Shown here: positions 13,136 to 28,625 of the stretch, in pieces | Layout of the letters: each line of letters begins with the position of its first letter | How positions within the stretch are numbered: position 1 is the stretch's first letter | Origin: Perkinsus chesapeaki ATCC PRA-425 | Taxonomy: Eukaryota; Protista; Perkinsozoa | Reading direction: 5' to 3' | Length of the DNA stretch: 63,976 nucleotides | Assembly: GCA_013115145.1 (NCBI GenBank) | Contig: JAAPAO010000002.1 | Coordinates: 1 to 63,976, forward strand | Made by a program: the position numbers and the translations under genes | The notes under the pieces: model-generated | Seen by the model: the letters and a program-made list of their open reading frames with translations, nothing else | The model's database searches: none | What the model was told of the DNA's origin: nothing

Positions 13136-14283
13136 ATGATGAAACGGCTAGTAAACGGATATCGATCCAGCATGGGCCTAGGCCGCCTAGTGCGAGCTGT
13201 CGCAGAAGCGCATCGATCGGTGAGTAGTCTTCTTCGTTGGGAACACTTGAACTGGCCAGACGTCAGTACAATAGCCACTTGGCTATCCATATCTTTCTTG
13301 TTAGGGAAAGTTCCCATCATGACCGAGACTTATGAAAGCTTTCAGCGCTATGCCTTAGATCACAAGGATTCCCACCCTCATCTGTTTTCTATCAAGCTAT
13401 TTCTCAATCTGAGACAATATCCAACCGCTTATATACTCCCATCTTCTGCTCAGCGACGAACTCCAGCTGGTAGGGTGTGCGCAGCATTTGGGTCCGCACT
13501 TCCGACACACTCAGGCCTACTGTTGGTACACATGTTCTACTCTCGTCTATACCCTCGTCTAGAAATCATGGCGAAAGTTGGAAGCGAGAAGGCCGCAATC
13601 GCCAGGCGTGGGTAAACTCGAATCAGGGCTCCACTCTGGGTTTCTAAGGATTCTCTCAGCTCGTTTTTTGACCCAGTTCGTGAGGACGAAGCTTCAGGTG
13701 ACTGGGGTATGGGATGGCTGGAGGTCTTTGACTTTTTACACGACTTCGAGGTAGTCGGATATTCTGAACAATTTGTCTGGGATGCGGGAATTGTACTTGT
13801 TTGTAATGGAAACATATATCAGGTTGTCCCTACGGTATGTGGTTTAGTGGCCGCACAACGAGCTTGGATAACAGTAACTAATGGAGACAAGTAATAACTT
13901 AGCATGTTTAACGAAGCGGAAACTTGTTCACTGGCAGAAACTTCGTTAGCAAATTGTCGTTAGAGCAGTTGATACACTTGGTGGTGCTCTTGGGGAACTA
14001 TGCTTATTCAGCAAAGAAGTTCGAAACTCCTAAGCTTATGCAAAGAGTCAAGCGGATCCTTCGTCAACTGGAGTTAAACAAGCACAAGATTGTCAAAAAG
14101 AAGCTATTTGATGCATACCGGGACCACCACAAATTTGTACGGCTTTCCCGACTTCCTTCAGGCGCCGCTGTTGTCGTGAATATCATTCGCTTTGTCCTGC
14201 ACATCAGTACGTCTCCCCTGGTTTGTCTACATTTCAGAAATATAGTGAATACGAAGACTTTGCAGACATTCACAGACGCCTAA
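13136..14283 (+). CDS. Hypothetical protein, possibly organelle-targeted
   Basis: Protein-like ORF segments 13121..13615, 13709..13894 and 13924..14283. The N-terminus MMKRLVNGYRSSMGLGRLVRAVAEAHRS is Arg-rich and nearly acid-free. No family recognised. Confidence 0.4.
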
Positions 14284-15345
14284 TACTGAAGACGAAGCCA
14301 TCAGTCGCGCCGAAGCCAATGGACCGGAGATTCACTGAGATGACCAGTGAGTTCAATGCCGCACTCGACATGCTTGGCAGAAGCTGTTATCTTGATGATG
14401 ATGATGTGGTATGGGAGCAATACAGGTACAAGGCATCAGCTATAGTATGACTTCAGTTGGCTTCTCTTAGGATGGATCATGCACTTGATTTAGGCGTCAT
14501 GAGTGCTGGCGCGATCCACGACTTTCGCATAGATATCACCAACGTGAGGTAGGTTAGCTGGTGGTGTAACCTGTGTGTTGATGTGATTGTTAATTATTTT
14601 TCTATGCAGATACCATTTGGAGACTATAAGCATTTCTTTGGTATCAGTCAAAGGCCCTGAAGTGCCGCCACTGTCTGTGGAATGGAAAGAGGGCAGGTCA
14701 CTGCCACCAGGGCAGTCGATGCATGTACTCGTCAAGCCATGCACAGATACAGCTTGTAAGTACTGATGACTAGCAACATTCGCAGTAACACTGTGCTTAG
14801 GTGCTGAGTGGTTTGGGTTTATTAACATACTGGCTGTCACGGCCGCTGGTGAGAGCGAAGCTTATCCGTTACCAGCCTACTTACGTGTCGCGAGAACTGA
14901 CGAGGTTGAAGGCAGTATCATACCAGTTCTCGGCCCGTTCCCTTTTAAGCGGAAGGATTCGATAACGTCTGAGCTGTCGGCTTTCGATCCCAGCTCTAAT
15001 AAGAACCTTGGCAGCCGAAGGTTTGGTGAGCCTTTTCTAAAGAACTATACGTCTTCACCGCCCAATTTGTCGGGCAGTGATCTGGCCACAAAACCTTTGG
15101 TGACGAGCAGAAGTGAGATCCACCTTAACCCCGAGTTTCCGGCCGACAGCGTCCTTTCAGACCTTTCAGCGCTGCTGAAATCCTATACGGCCCCACCATC
15201 GAGGCCACAGTCGGCGTGCTCGGTTCTCGTTCCGAGACCCCCGGCACCACTGCACCTTCCCTTGCTTCCTAGGTCGACTGTGTCACGTAAGCGGAGACCT
15301 AAGTCCGCACAAGCAGTCTTGATGCGAGCTAATCCCTCAACGTGA
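14223..15345 (+). CDS. Hypothetical multi-exon protein; may be continuous with the upstream gene
   Basis: In-frame splicing VVWEQYR|MDHALDLGV...ITNVR|YHLETISISLVSVKG...|...KSAQAVLMRANPST*. No family recognised. Confidence 0.5.
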
Positions 15346-15818
15346 GCAATGACATCATGTATATGCATGTGGCTTCTCCGGTTATTGTTGGAGTTTTTAG
15401 TCTTCTTCTTATAGTCTTAGTCTAACTGTCCAATTAAGACTAGTACGAAAATCAACACAACCGGCAGCTTTCTGATCATTTGTTAGTGAGAAATGGTAGG
15501 AACAAAACGCATACACTTATGGAATATACATCAGGAACTAACTAGGTACAACGCATGAAACCCCGTACACAAACCAAGTAAAGGGGGCAAAACTCCTTAT
15601 GCGTAGCTAGGCAAATAATATACTTAACCGAATGTTAGGGTGTCAATACTTACACAATGACAAACGCCAGTGAGTTCAGTAAGACGGAGCGAACTACCGC
15701 TGAAGACAGCGCGCGCCAAATACAAGGTAACTCGTAAAACGAGACCTGGCTCGATTTCGAAATACGAATAGGAAGGATACAATGTCCGCAACAATTAGTA
15801 GTAGACAGCTTTGATAGC

Positions 15819-17828
15819 TCACATAGGCCATTCCCCAGTCTCGTAATTATCAGTCGAGTCAACGACCTTACCATACCGGTCCACAGCTATAACCTTGAAG
15901 TGACCGTCATCTTCAGCAGTACCATGCCAGACATGGTAATCGATTCCGGAAGTGACGAAAGGTGGCCCGAAAACCAAACTATCAAGAGTAGGAAGCAACG
16001 CACCGGTAGTTCCCCACTTGCCATCGCCTACATAAAGCACACCGCCTTCGGCAACCGTATTATTTGTCATCGGCATTGTTCGCTTCAGAACGTGAGCATG
16101 ATGCCCGAAGCAGACCTTGAAGTGGTACTTGTCAAATATCATTTGGGGCCAATAATCCCGCATCGGCTGGGTCATTGGTGTCTCGAGGGTAAGACCATCA
16201 TTGGGATACATAGGAACATGATACCCAGCTACATGGTTAACTACGTCACTGTAATTACCGATCCTCTCGTTAACGAAGTTAACTACAACCATTGGATCAT
16301 CAGTACCGTAAAGCGAGTCAAGGGCCCAATAAGTCAAAGCCTTTCCAGCGTAATGCACATGATTGGGAGACCTCTCACAAACAGGCTTAGCATGACCATT
16401 GACAGCTTCGAACGGGAAGTAAGCCATGATCGGGGGGCGGGCGTTGTAGAGGGAGTGGTCATTACATTGCTTGGGGTCCATGAAGGCAGCGATTGCACCC
16501 TTGTTGTTATGGTTGGCTCCGACATCATGATTGCCAAGAGTAACGATCAGGGGAACAAGGTGACCATCAGAAGTCTTGATAGTCTCGTAGTTAGATAGGA
16601 AACTATCCCACACACAACCACATGTGAACAGGCCATTATCATATGCCACATCACCAGCATCAACTGCAAAGAGAGGATCATACTCTCCCACGTGAGAGTT
16701 AACTTCTTGAACGTAAGTTGATGTACCAGCATCACCGCCGTCGGTGAAATGAACAGTTCCCGTCAGATTGGCTGTCCGAAAGGAGTACACTTCATCAAAG
16801 TGTTTCCTGTCGGACTCCAGAGTAAATTCAACTACGCCTCCTGGAGTTAAATCAGACAGGAAGGCGGCATACACATTGCGCTGATCCCTCCAGTCGAGCA
16901 TTGGTACTTCGAACTCGTCGGCTTCGATAACACCAATTTCTGGACCTCCCTGCATGTTGTAATGCACTTTAACCGACTGAGTGTTAGACCCCATGTGGAC
17001 ATTCACGAACATGCTGTCGGTCATATTCTGGCCAGGAGTGAGATACACATGACATGGCTCTAACTGGTCAGGAGGACAGAAACGAGCGCTGGAGGTGAAC
17101 GTACGGAACATTCTGGACGACCAGAAAAGAGATTGCTCGAGCTGAATCCACCAACCCTTTTCCATCGGATTGTACGGTGCAATGCATGTCCCGGCAACGC
17201 AGTACGTTATGAAGATACCAAAAGCAAGGGTAAACACCTCCGCCAACCAAAACCACCACTTCTTGATCAGAGTCTTGGTAGGCCAATAGCATGCGAAACT
17301 ATGCCATACAGCAGCCATGATAGGGAGAGATGCAGCGATACCGATAAGCCAAGTCAAGTACTGGTAGACGTAGTTGAACATCGTCGGGATCTGTATGAGG
17401 AACCAGGCTTGGAAGGCTGCGGTATAAATCAAGAAACCAAAGGCCCACTCGAAGCAAATGGACCTTCGAAGGAAAAATACAGATATCAAGAAACAAAGAT
17501 ACACTACGGGCATACATACGAAATAGATCCATCCAGCATAATCACCGAAGGTGAAGGCGCCAAAAACACAGAATAGGCCGATAATGAGCAATGCAAGCAG
17601 GAAGTTGATGACCACAATGCCCACGATCCACAGCCACTCTAATTTTTTATTCTTTCCTTTTTTCGGGAACTCGGGGTATACTAAATAGCGGCCCATAAGC
17701 CAGAGGATAATTAAGGCCACGACGTTGAAGAACAGACTCTCGCCAATATACGAGGCACACAGAAGTGTGTAGAAACCCCGATAGGAATACTGCTGACCGT
17801 GGAGACCGAATAGCTTGCCAAATACCAT
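15819..17828 (-). CDS. Intronless purple-acid-phosphatase-like metallophosphoesterase with a multi-pass membrane N-terminal domain
   Basis: 669-aa ORF with metal-binding motifs GDAG, GDVAYDNG, LGNHD, GYHVPMY and GHHAHVLKRT. An FN3-like region (PCHVYLT) precedes them, and the first ~210 aa have about 6-7 hydrophobic segments. Confidence 0.9.
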   Translation of the reverse strand: MVFGKLFGLHGQQYSYRGFYTLLCASYIGESLFFNVVALIILWLMGRYLVYPEFPKKGKNKKLEWLWIVGIVVINFLLALLIIGLFCVFGAFTFGDYAGWIYFVCMPVVYLCFLISVFFLRRSICFEWAFGFLIYTAAFQAWFLIQIPTMFNYVYQYLTWLIGIAASLPIMAAVWHSFACYWPTKTLIKKWWFWLAEVFTLAFGIFITYCVAGTCIAPYNPMEKGWWIQLEQSLFWSSRMFRTFTSSARFCPPDQLEPCHVYLTPGQNMTDSMFVNVHMGSNTQSVKVHYNMQGGPEIGVIEADEFEVPMLDWRDQRNVYAAFLSDLTPGGVVEFTLESDRKHFDEVYSFRTANLTGTVHFTDGGDAGTSTYVQEVNSHVGEYDPLFAVDAGDVAYDNGLFTCGCVWDSFLSNYETIKTSDGHLVPLIVTLGNHDVGANHNNKGAIAAFMDPKQCNDHSLYNARPPIMAYFPFEAVNGHAKPVCERSPNHVHYAGKALTYWALDSLYGTDDPMVVVNFVNERIGNYSDVVNHVAGYHVPMYPNDGLTLETPMTQPMRDYWPQMIFDKYHFKVCFGHHAHVLKRTMPMTNNTVAEGGVLYVGDGKWGTTGALLPTLDSLVFGPPFVTSGIDYHVWHGTAEDDGHFKVIAVDRYGKVVDSTDNYETGEWPM

Positions 17829-18300
17829 CGTCTAGCAGCCGGTAGTGGAAGAAACAAAATATAGCCAAAAATAAGGCGAAGGCCTACAACAACCTACCAA
17901 AAAATACTAGGCCAAGCTAGCGCGCTAGGGTGGGCGCGTACAGTAAATTGTGTCACATGTGTCTCCTACGAGAACGTCATAACGAAGTGGTTTGCTTGGA
18001 ATGTATACGAATTAAAATTCCATCCACTAGACCCGAAATCGCGAAGACTTCGCCTGCTAGAGTGAACGACATTGCTTGTGGCCGATAACCGAATCCACTC
18101 CCCGAAGAACTCAACAGCTTATGAGCACATTGCGAGCACCTCAAAAACAATATGTATCCATTCATCAACCTTAACTGCTCACCTATGTTTGACTAAGGGC
18201 TGGGTTGTTAGACCACAGCTTGTGCGTGATTCATCGAAATGATACCTCAAGTCGTCGTTAAAGGTGCAAAAAATGTACAACGACGGCCATCATGTCAGCG

Positions 18301-18786
18301 CTATTTCAAGTAGTGAAACAGCTCATGCGCGATACAGTGGTCTTGACACATCCCGAACTCCTCATACTGTCCTTGGCAGTTTCCGCGACCATCAGTGCGC
18401 ATCTTAATACGCTGCACACAAGCGTTATACCTACCACGAAACAGACACATGAGATAAACATTTCTGCTAAAGACGGGAGCGGTGTAACCACCGTAGCCAG
18501 AAGAGCGGTTGAACAAAAAAGGAACTCATAAGGGCTATAAGAGAGCCATTAATGTGCCTCGTAGGAACCGAGTAAAATATGGCAAATATCGCTGTAAGAC
18601 ATACATGCAACTCAAGAGTATCCGAAGATCTTACTCGGTGAGCCATTCAGAACATTCAGCAGCACACTTGGGGAGCATGTCGGTTCTAGGATCGACAAAC
18701 TCTCCATCCTCATTCTTTCGGGGAGGGTGGTAAGACTTGGGGTAGTCCAGCATGAACGCGAAGCGACCGCAGTAGGCACGCGCCAT
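18301..18786 (-). CDS. QCR6: Cytochrome bc1 complex hinge subunit (QCR6/UQCRH), 2 exons, intron 18431-18634
   Basis: Spliced product MARAYCGRFAFMLDYPKSYHPPRKNEDGEFVDPRTDMLPKCAAECSEWLTE|YNACVQRIKMRTDGRGNCQGQYEEFGMCQDHCIAHELFHYLK*. It has the VDP motif, hinge-protein Cys pattern and C-terminal HCxAHxLFxxLK. Confidence 0.92.
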
Positions 18787-19752
18787 TGTGAGGGCTGAAA
18801 GTACTCACTACAAATCACGATAATACACATTAACTCCGTCAGTTGGAAGAGTCGAGATCAATCCTACGAAAGATCCGTAATCGCGGACAGGCTCGAGCTC
18901 ATAGATAGACTAAGAGGCGTGCATGAAGCCATGAGGATGCTCTCACAGTCGGGAGCTTCGGTAATATTGAGCAGTGCTGTTTGCACCCCATAAGATTGTT
19001 CGGCAACGGGCGAGGCAAAGAGGCTTTCCTCATCTTGCTAATGTAGCACTGCCAACGTGGTAGAAACAGTTACCCATAAAGAGCGGAAAATACAGACACG
19101 TTATCTGCTCGCAATATCCAGAGCCTCAAGGTTCTTACGAGTTGCCGAGTTTCGTGTGATGCACAAAACTTGTACTCTTGCATTTCCTAACCACATCTCA
19201 GCGCATCTTCGGAACCAGCGCGAACCGCTAACCGGCACACGTACGAGCGATGGCCACCAAAAATTAGGTAGACAAACTGCTATCGTCCCTAATTTGAACC
19301 CCATGTACGTCGGCCACCATTCAGCATGCAGGACGCCGTAATAGTAAGACCTGTTGAGGGCGTTTATGTGGAATGGCATGGCTTGTCGTGGTAGCAGCAG
19401 GCGAAAATGCTCCCCCCTACCCCTGAAATGCACTATTGGATTTAGACTACAGATATACTTAAGTGACTAACAGCCTCGGACACAAAATACCGGGAGCCAT
19501 TCACTCGAAATCTCTACGTGATCGGATGTTCGTCAACTGAAAAGTGAACATTTTCCAATCTACAGTATCGGTTGTACTGCGATTCTCCGGCCTAAGTGTT
19601 GTTCATATAGTACATGACCTCTCGACCATCCCCGTCCCTTAGTGGCCTTCTAGAAGCAACATCCATCGGGCCTGGTGGTCAAAGATCGCTGCATTCATTT
19701 TTATCAGAAGGCGTCGTGGAGCTTTTTAAGAACCGGCCAACAAATTCCATAG

Positions 19753-24816
<5,064 letters not shown>

Positions 24817-25164
24817 GGGCTTACCAAGCCACTTCATCACATGGATGTAAAGGATGTGCACGTCAGGTCCTAAATCTGGAGCACGTCATCGTATATAAAG
24901 TGACGGAAAACGTTGTTTCTTCTCCAGCCAGTTCAACGTTCGACGCAGTTGCAGGAGAAGTCGCGAATTCGACAGAGCTCGCAAGTCGCGTACAGTCCAT
25001 TAATTCGGTTGACGAGCTCCGCTCGTTCTTGGCATCTGGGGCTGCATAGGCAGCCATACACATTCCCACGAGATGATTGTGATGTTGCTGCCGAACCTGT
25101 TGCGTTGGACCGAACTGTTAAGCATTTGCCTATTTTGCTCCCTGAGAGCTGGACTCCTATTTTA

Positions 25165-27342
25165 ATGAGCTCCCCAATCCCACAGACGGCCCTTCCCTTC
25201 ACAAGAGTGGCGGCTATTGTTCAGAGCATTGGAGCTGAATCCATGGTGAATAATCTTATGGAGGTTGGCTGCCAGGTGTTCGTCGTATGCTACCCTTCTT
25301 CGGCGTCGTCACCACTTGGTCTTGAAGGGAATAATCTGTCGGTAATACGGTGTGATGACCGCAATGTCGCTGTGGCGGCAATCCGGGCCTTCGCGCCGGA
25401 GCTCGTCCTCATACTTCCCCATTTGTTCTGGTATCCCAGAGAGGAATTATCTGCATATCCTATATGGGAGCTGCGATATGCCGGCACATCTATTAGGCAA
25501 GACATGTGGCCTGAATACGATATGATAATAGACAGCCGTTGTGAAGTTTGTGTCGAGCTCACTTGCGATGAGAGGATTATAGGGTCTATGGGCGTATCTG
25601 TCAATGGAGAGACTGAAACAGCTCTGACGCTACGCCAAAAACTGCTTGAGGCTTGTCAGAGTCTTCTGTGTAACCAAGTAATACCGCTTCTGGGGGCGAC
25701 TGAAGACGATAGCCAGTCCATGGGATATCCTAGTGGGGTTGTAGGCCTTGAAGTTTCAGAAAGCTCGGACCGCGAGGTAGTTTCAGCGCATATCCGAGCC
25801 ATGAATTTTCCTCCTTATTCTGATGGGATTCCGTTACGGGTTACTGGGGTGGAGGGCCCCGACTTTCTGGTAGACTACCCCGAACAATTTGACCGAATCA
25901 TTAAGGCCGCAAAGGATGGGATCCGCTGCACCCAGCCGGACATTCGGAGCAGCTCCCGCACTACCCCGGGCTTCGCGGCTGACACACATTTCTACAGTAA
26001 CATTGGAGGGTCTATAGTGAAGGTGAGCGGCGTAGGCAATTGTGGGACTGGCTTGGATGACATCCCTCGAACTGAAGGCCACTGTGATGTGATTCCTGGT
26101 AGTGCTATTTCTGATCGCATTCCCAAGAAACTGAGAATGAACGAGCCTTTCATTGGGCCCAACGCTGGGCTCTACATATCTCGGGCATTGGGGTCTGGAT
26201 GGATTGGAGTAGAGGGCCCGTGGGTCAAAAAATTTGAGAGAAAGATTGCTAGTATATGTGGAGGACGCGCAGCATGTGCAGTACAGAGCGGGACGGCTGC
26301 ACTCTATGGAGCTATGAAAGCGTTGGGAGTGAGCAATCCGGAACACTTTGTAATATGTCCGGCATTCACCTGCGCGGCCTGCGCAGATGCAGTGGTTCAT
26401 GCCGGTGGTACCCCTTTGATATGTGATGTCGAGGAAGACAGCTATGCTTTGAGCTACCAGGCTGTACTGAACGCTCTGGACCATCCCGTTCATGGGCCCA
26501 AGATAGTAGGGATGATAGTGGCTCCGTGTTATGGTGTGCCGGCTCGGGATTATCTGAAACTCGTTAACCTTTCTCGAGATCGCTCCATATGGTTGTGCGA
26601 AGACAACTGTGAGAGTTATGGTGCAACCGTAGTAGATGAGACTGGCTCTCGCGTACGGTTGGGTAGTCTGGGTACCATATCAGTTGTATCTGTTCGCTCT
26701 GAGAAGATGGTAGGAGTGGGTGAGGGCGGAGCCATCATCTCTAATAATGTTAGCTTGGTCGCAGCCGCTAGATGGTGGTGCTCTCGTGCTCCTTGCGTTG
26801 GTCAAGGGTTGTGGCACGTGTATAATCACGAAAGTGTCGGGCAAAACTTCCGCATGCCTGAACTCCTTGGCTGTGTTGGCGTGGCGGCGGCAGAAATGTT
26901 GCCGACTATGCTCAGTAGGAAAAGGGCAATTCATGGCTGGTATGAGGAACATCTGGCCGACCTATCGAAGTCTGAGATGATCTCCTTGCAGCAGTACGAG
27001 CCGACCTGTCAGCCGGTTTGGTGGCTGAATGCGGTGTTCTTGAAGAACCAAAGTGTAAGGGGCGAAGAAATCGGGACGGAGCTCATGAGAATAGCGCCTG
27101 AAGTCGAGATTCGGCCGGGCTTCTATCCGCTCGGGCTGATGAAACCGTTCCGCGGAGAAGAAGCGCTAGCATGCCCCGTAGCAGAGCTACTATACGAGAG
27201 GATTTTGTGCTTGCCGAGCAGCCATAATCTCACCGAGAGTGACGTTAAACATGTATGTGACACCCTGCGTGTAGCGGTTCATAATGTGACCAGTCTAAGC
27301 AATAGCAAATTGGCACACGGACCACGGGCTATGGCTGCCTGA
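25165..27342 (+). CDS. Intronless fusion of a degenerate formyltransferase-like domain and a DegT/DnrJ/EryC1/StrS (perosamine-synthase-like) PLP aminotransferase
   Basis: Within ORF 24913..27342; likely start MSSPIP at 25165. Aminotransferase motifs VQSGTAALY, PAFTC, EDNCESYG, SEKMVGVGEGG (PLP Lys), GQNFRM and LCLPSS. The N-terminal ~260 aa follow the formyltransferase pattern (IRAFAPELVL, TETALTLRQKL, HIRAMNFPPY). Confidence 0.9.
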   Translation: MSSPIPQTALPFTRVAAIVQSIGAESMVNNLMEVGCQVFVVCYPSSASSPLGLEGNNLSVIRCDDRNVAVAAIRAFAPELVLILPHLFWYPREELSAYPIWELRYAGTSIRQDMWPEYDMIIDSRCEVCVELTCDERIIGSMGVSVNGETETALTLRQKLLEACQSLLCNQVIPLLGATEDDSQSMGYPSGVVGLEVSESSDREVVSAHIRAMNFPPYSDGIPLRVTGVEGPDFLVDYPEQFDRIIKAAKDGIRCTQPDIRSSSRTTPGFAADTHFYSNIGGSIVKVSGVGNCGTGLDDIPRTEGHCDVIPGSAISDRIPKKLRMNEPFIGPNAGLYISRALGSGWIGVEGPWVKKFERKIASICGGRAACAVQSGTAALYGAMKALGVSNPEHFVICPAFTCAACADAVVHAGGTPLICDVEEDSYALSYQAVLNALDHPVHGPKIVGMIVAPCYGVPARDYLKLVNLSRDRSIWLCEDNCESYGATVVDETGSRVRLGSLGTISVVSVRSEKMVGVGEGGAIISNNVSLVAAARWWCSRAPCVGQGLWHVYNHESVGQNFRMPELLGCVGVAAAEMLPTMLSRKRAIHGWYEEHLADLSKSEMISLQQYEPTCQPVWWLNAVFLKNQSVRGEEIGTELMRIAPEVEIRPGFYPLGLMKPFRGEEALACPVAELLYERILCLPSSHNLTESDVKHVCDTLRVAVHNVTSLSNSKLAHGPRAMAA

Positions 27343-27767
27343 GCATTTTACGGATGTGGTTCTGCTCGCTGCCCCAAGTTACGAGGCACTGTTGTTGGTT
27401 TTGCATGACACATGAATATAACTGTTAGGTTAACAGTACACTGTTGCGTTGGTAGTAAACAGTCGGCTGAGATGGGACCCTTCCCGAGGGTGTACAATGG
27501 CTAATCTTCCGAATGGAGATACCGTTAAATGAACTCAAAGCGGTCTGAACTGAGCATTCCACACCGGGAGGAAATAAGAAAACACACGAAACAAGGGATA
27601 AGTTTCATAATAACGTGAACATGAACACTTTTTACTGATAATAGAATGGCTATTCGACGATCGGAACTAACAGAATATGAGCAAAATCAACTCTGTGATG
27701 TCGGGGAGTCCCCGGCGGGGATAGACATGCAAGCAGCATACACAAGTAGTACTCGAAAGGGAGATGG

Positions 27768-28380
27768 CTACCACACGGGTAAGCCCTCAGCCATAATTGC
27801 TCTGAAAGGGCGACTGCCGATGTCGGTGCTGAAGACTAATTCCGCGGGGGGAGAGAGGAGTACTGTAGATTTAGCTTCCCGGGAGAAATCCGAGCTAAGT
27901 TGTCGATGCCCCTTGCAAGCGCCTTTTCTGGTGGGTGAAACATTTGTATTTTTAGATTTGCCAGAAACAAAATGAGGGATACGACCCATGAAGAACGGCA
28001 GACGGCAGAAAGGTAGGCAAAGCTCGGTTCCTGCTACGCTGACCAACGCGACCGCACGCGTGCGCATCGCTTGACTGGACTGGACATCGCTCTCGCCCAC
28101 GCGACCCACTGCATTCGTTTGCACCTACTGCGCCATTGGTTATGTTTGCTCGCTACCTCGCCATTCTAGCCGTTAGTACCTCCGTACGATAATGAGTAAC
28201 TTTGAAGTACTTCACGCCCCAACGACTCAAGGCTTGAGTTATCAGTCTATTAGGTACAATAAGGAACGTTACATCTTGAGCGGCACCTGCTGTACTGTCT
28301 TGGCTCCGAGTGACTAGTTTGCCAAGAGCCAGTGAGGGCGCACGGGTGTGTTTTGGTGATTTGTTAGAGGATGGGGCCAT
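27768..28380 (-). CDS. Hypothetical protein (weakly FHA-like segment)
   Basis: ORFs 28153..28380 and 27768..28124 can be joined by a GT-AG intron. LPFFMGR...NVSPTRK is only suggestive. Confidence 0.3.
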
Positions 28381-28625
28381 AGCGAGTTGTTATTACCGAC
28401 TCAGTATCAAGCACAGCACCCATGAATGTTTGGACTACGAGTGTTTATCGACATCGCTTTCATATTCCTCACATGAAATCGCAGAAGTCCGCCGGAACTT
28501 GCTTGTGCGAATCATGCTCTCGAGGCACAGCAGACAGCTTCTGCGCCTTACACTGGACTGAGAATGGATCATCCTTTGTTCTTGACTGTTGTAGTCTTTT
28601 TTGAAATCTCACAACACCTTGAGAC

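Noticed and set aside
15900-17576. Long + strand ORFs (15900..16598, 17133..17576)
   Set aside because: Antisense shadows of the metallophosphoesterase CDS. Likewise 25834..26493 (-), 35318..35626 (+) and 11185..11565 (-) shadow real genes.
18490-18499. ACCGTAGCCA resembling the start of the Perkinsus/dinoflagellate spliced leader
   Set aside because: The match is only 10 nt and diverges immediately, no SL-RNA context is visible, and it lies antisense in an intron. Compatible with chance.
18431-18634. 204-nt intron in QCR6 as a possible snoRNA host
   Set aside because: No C/D box pair or convincing H/ACA layout found.
27421-27437. Short perfect inverted repeats (ACTGTTA-GGT-TAACAGT here; AAGCGCCC/GGGCGCTT near 50434-50467; CTTGGT-A-ACCAAG near 52318)
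   Set aside because: Isolated 6-8 bp stems are expected by chance in 64 kb, and there is no shared sequence or target-site duplication.
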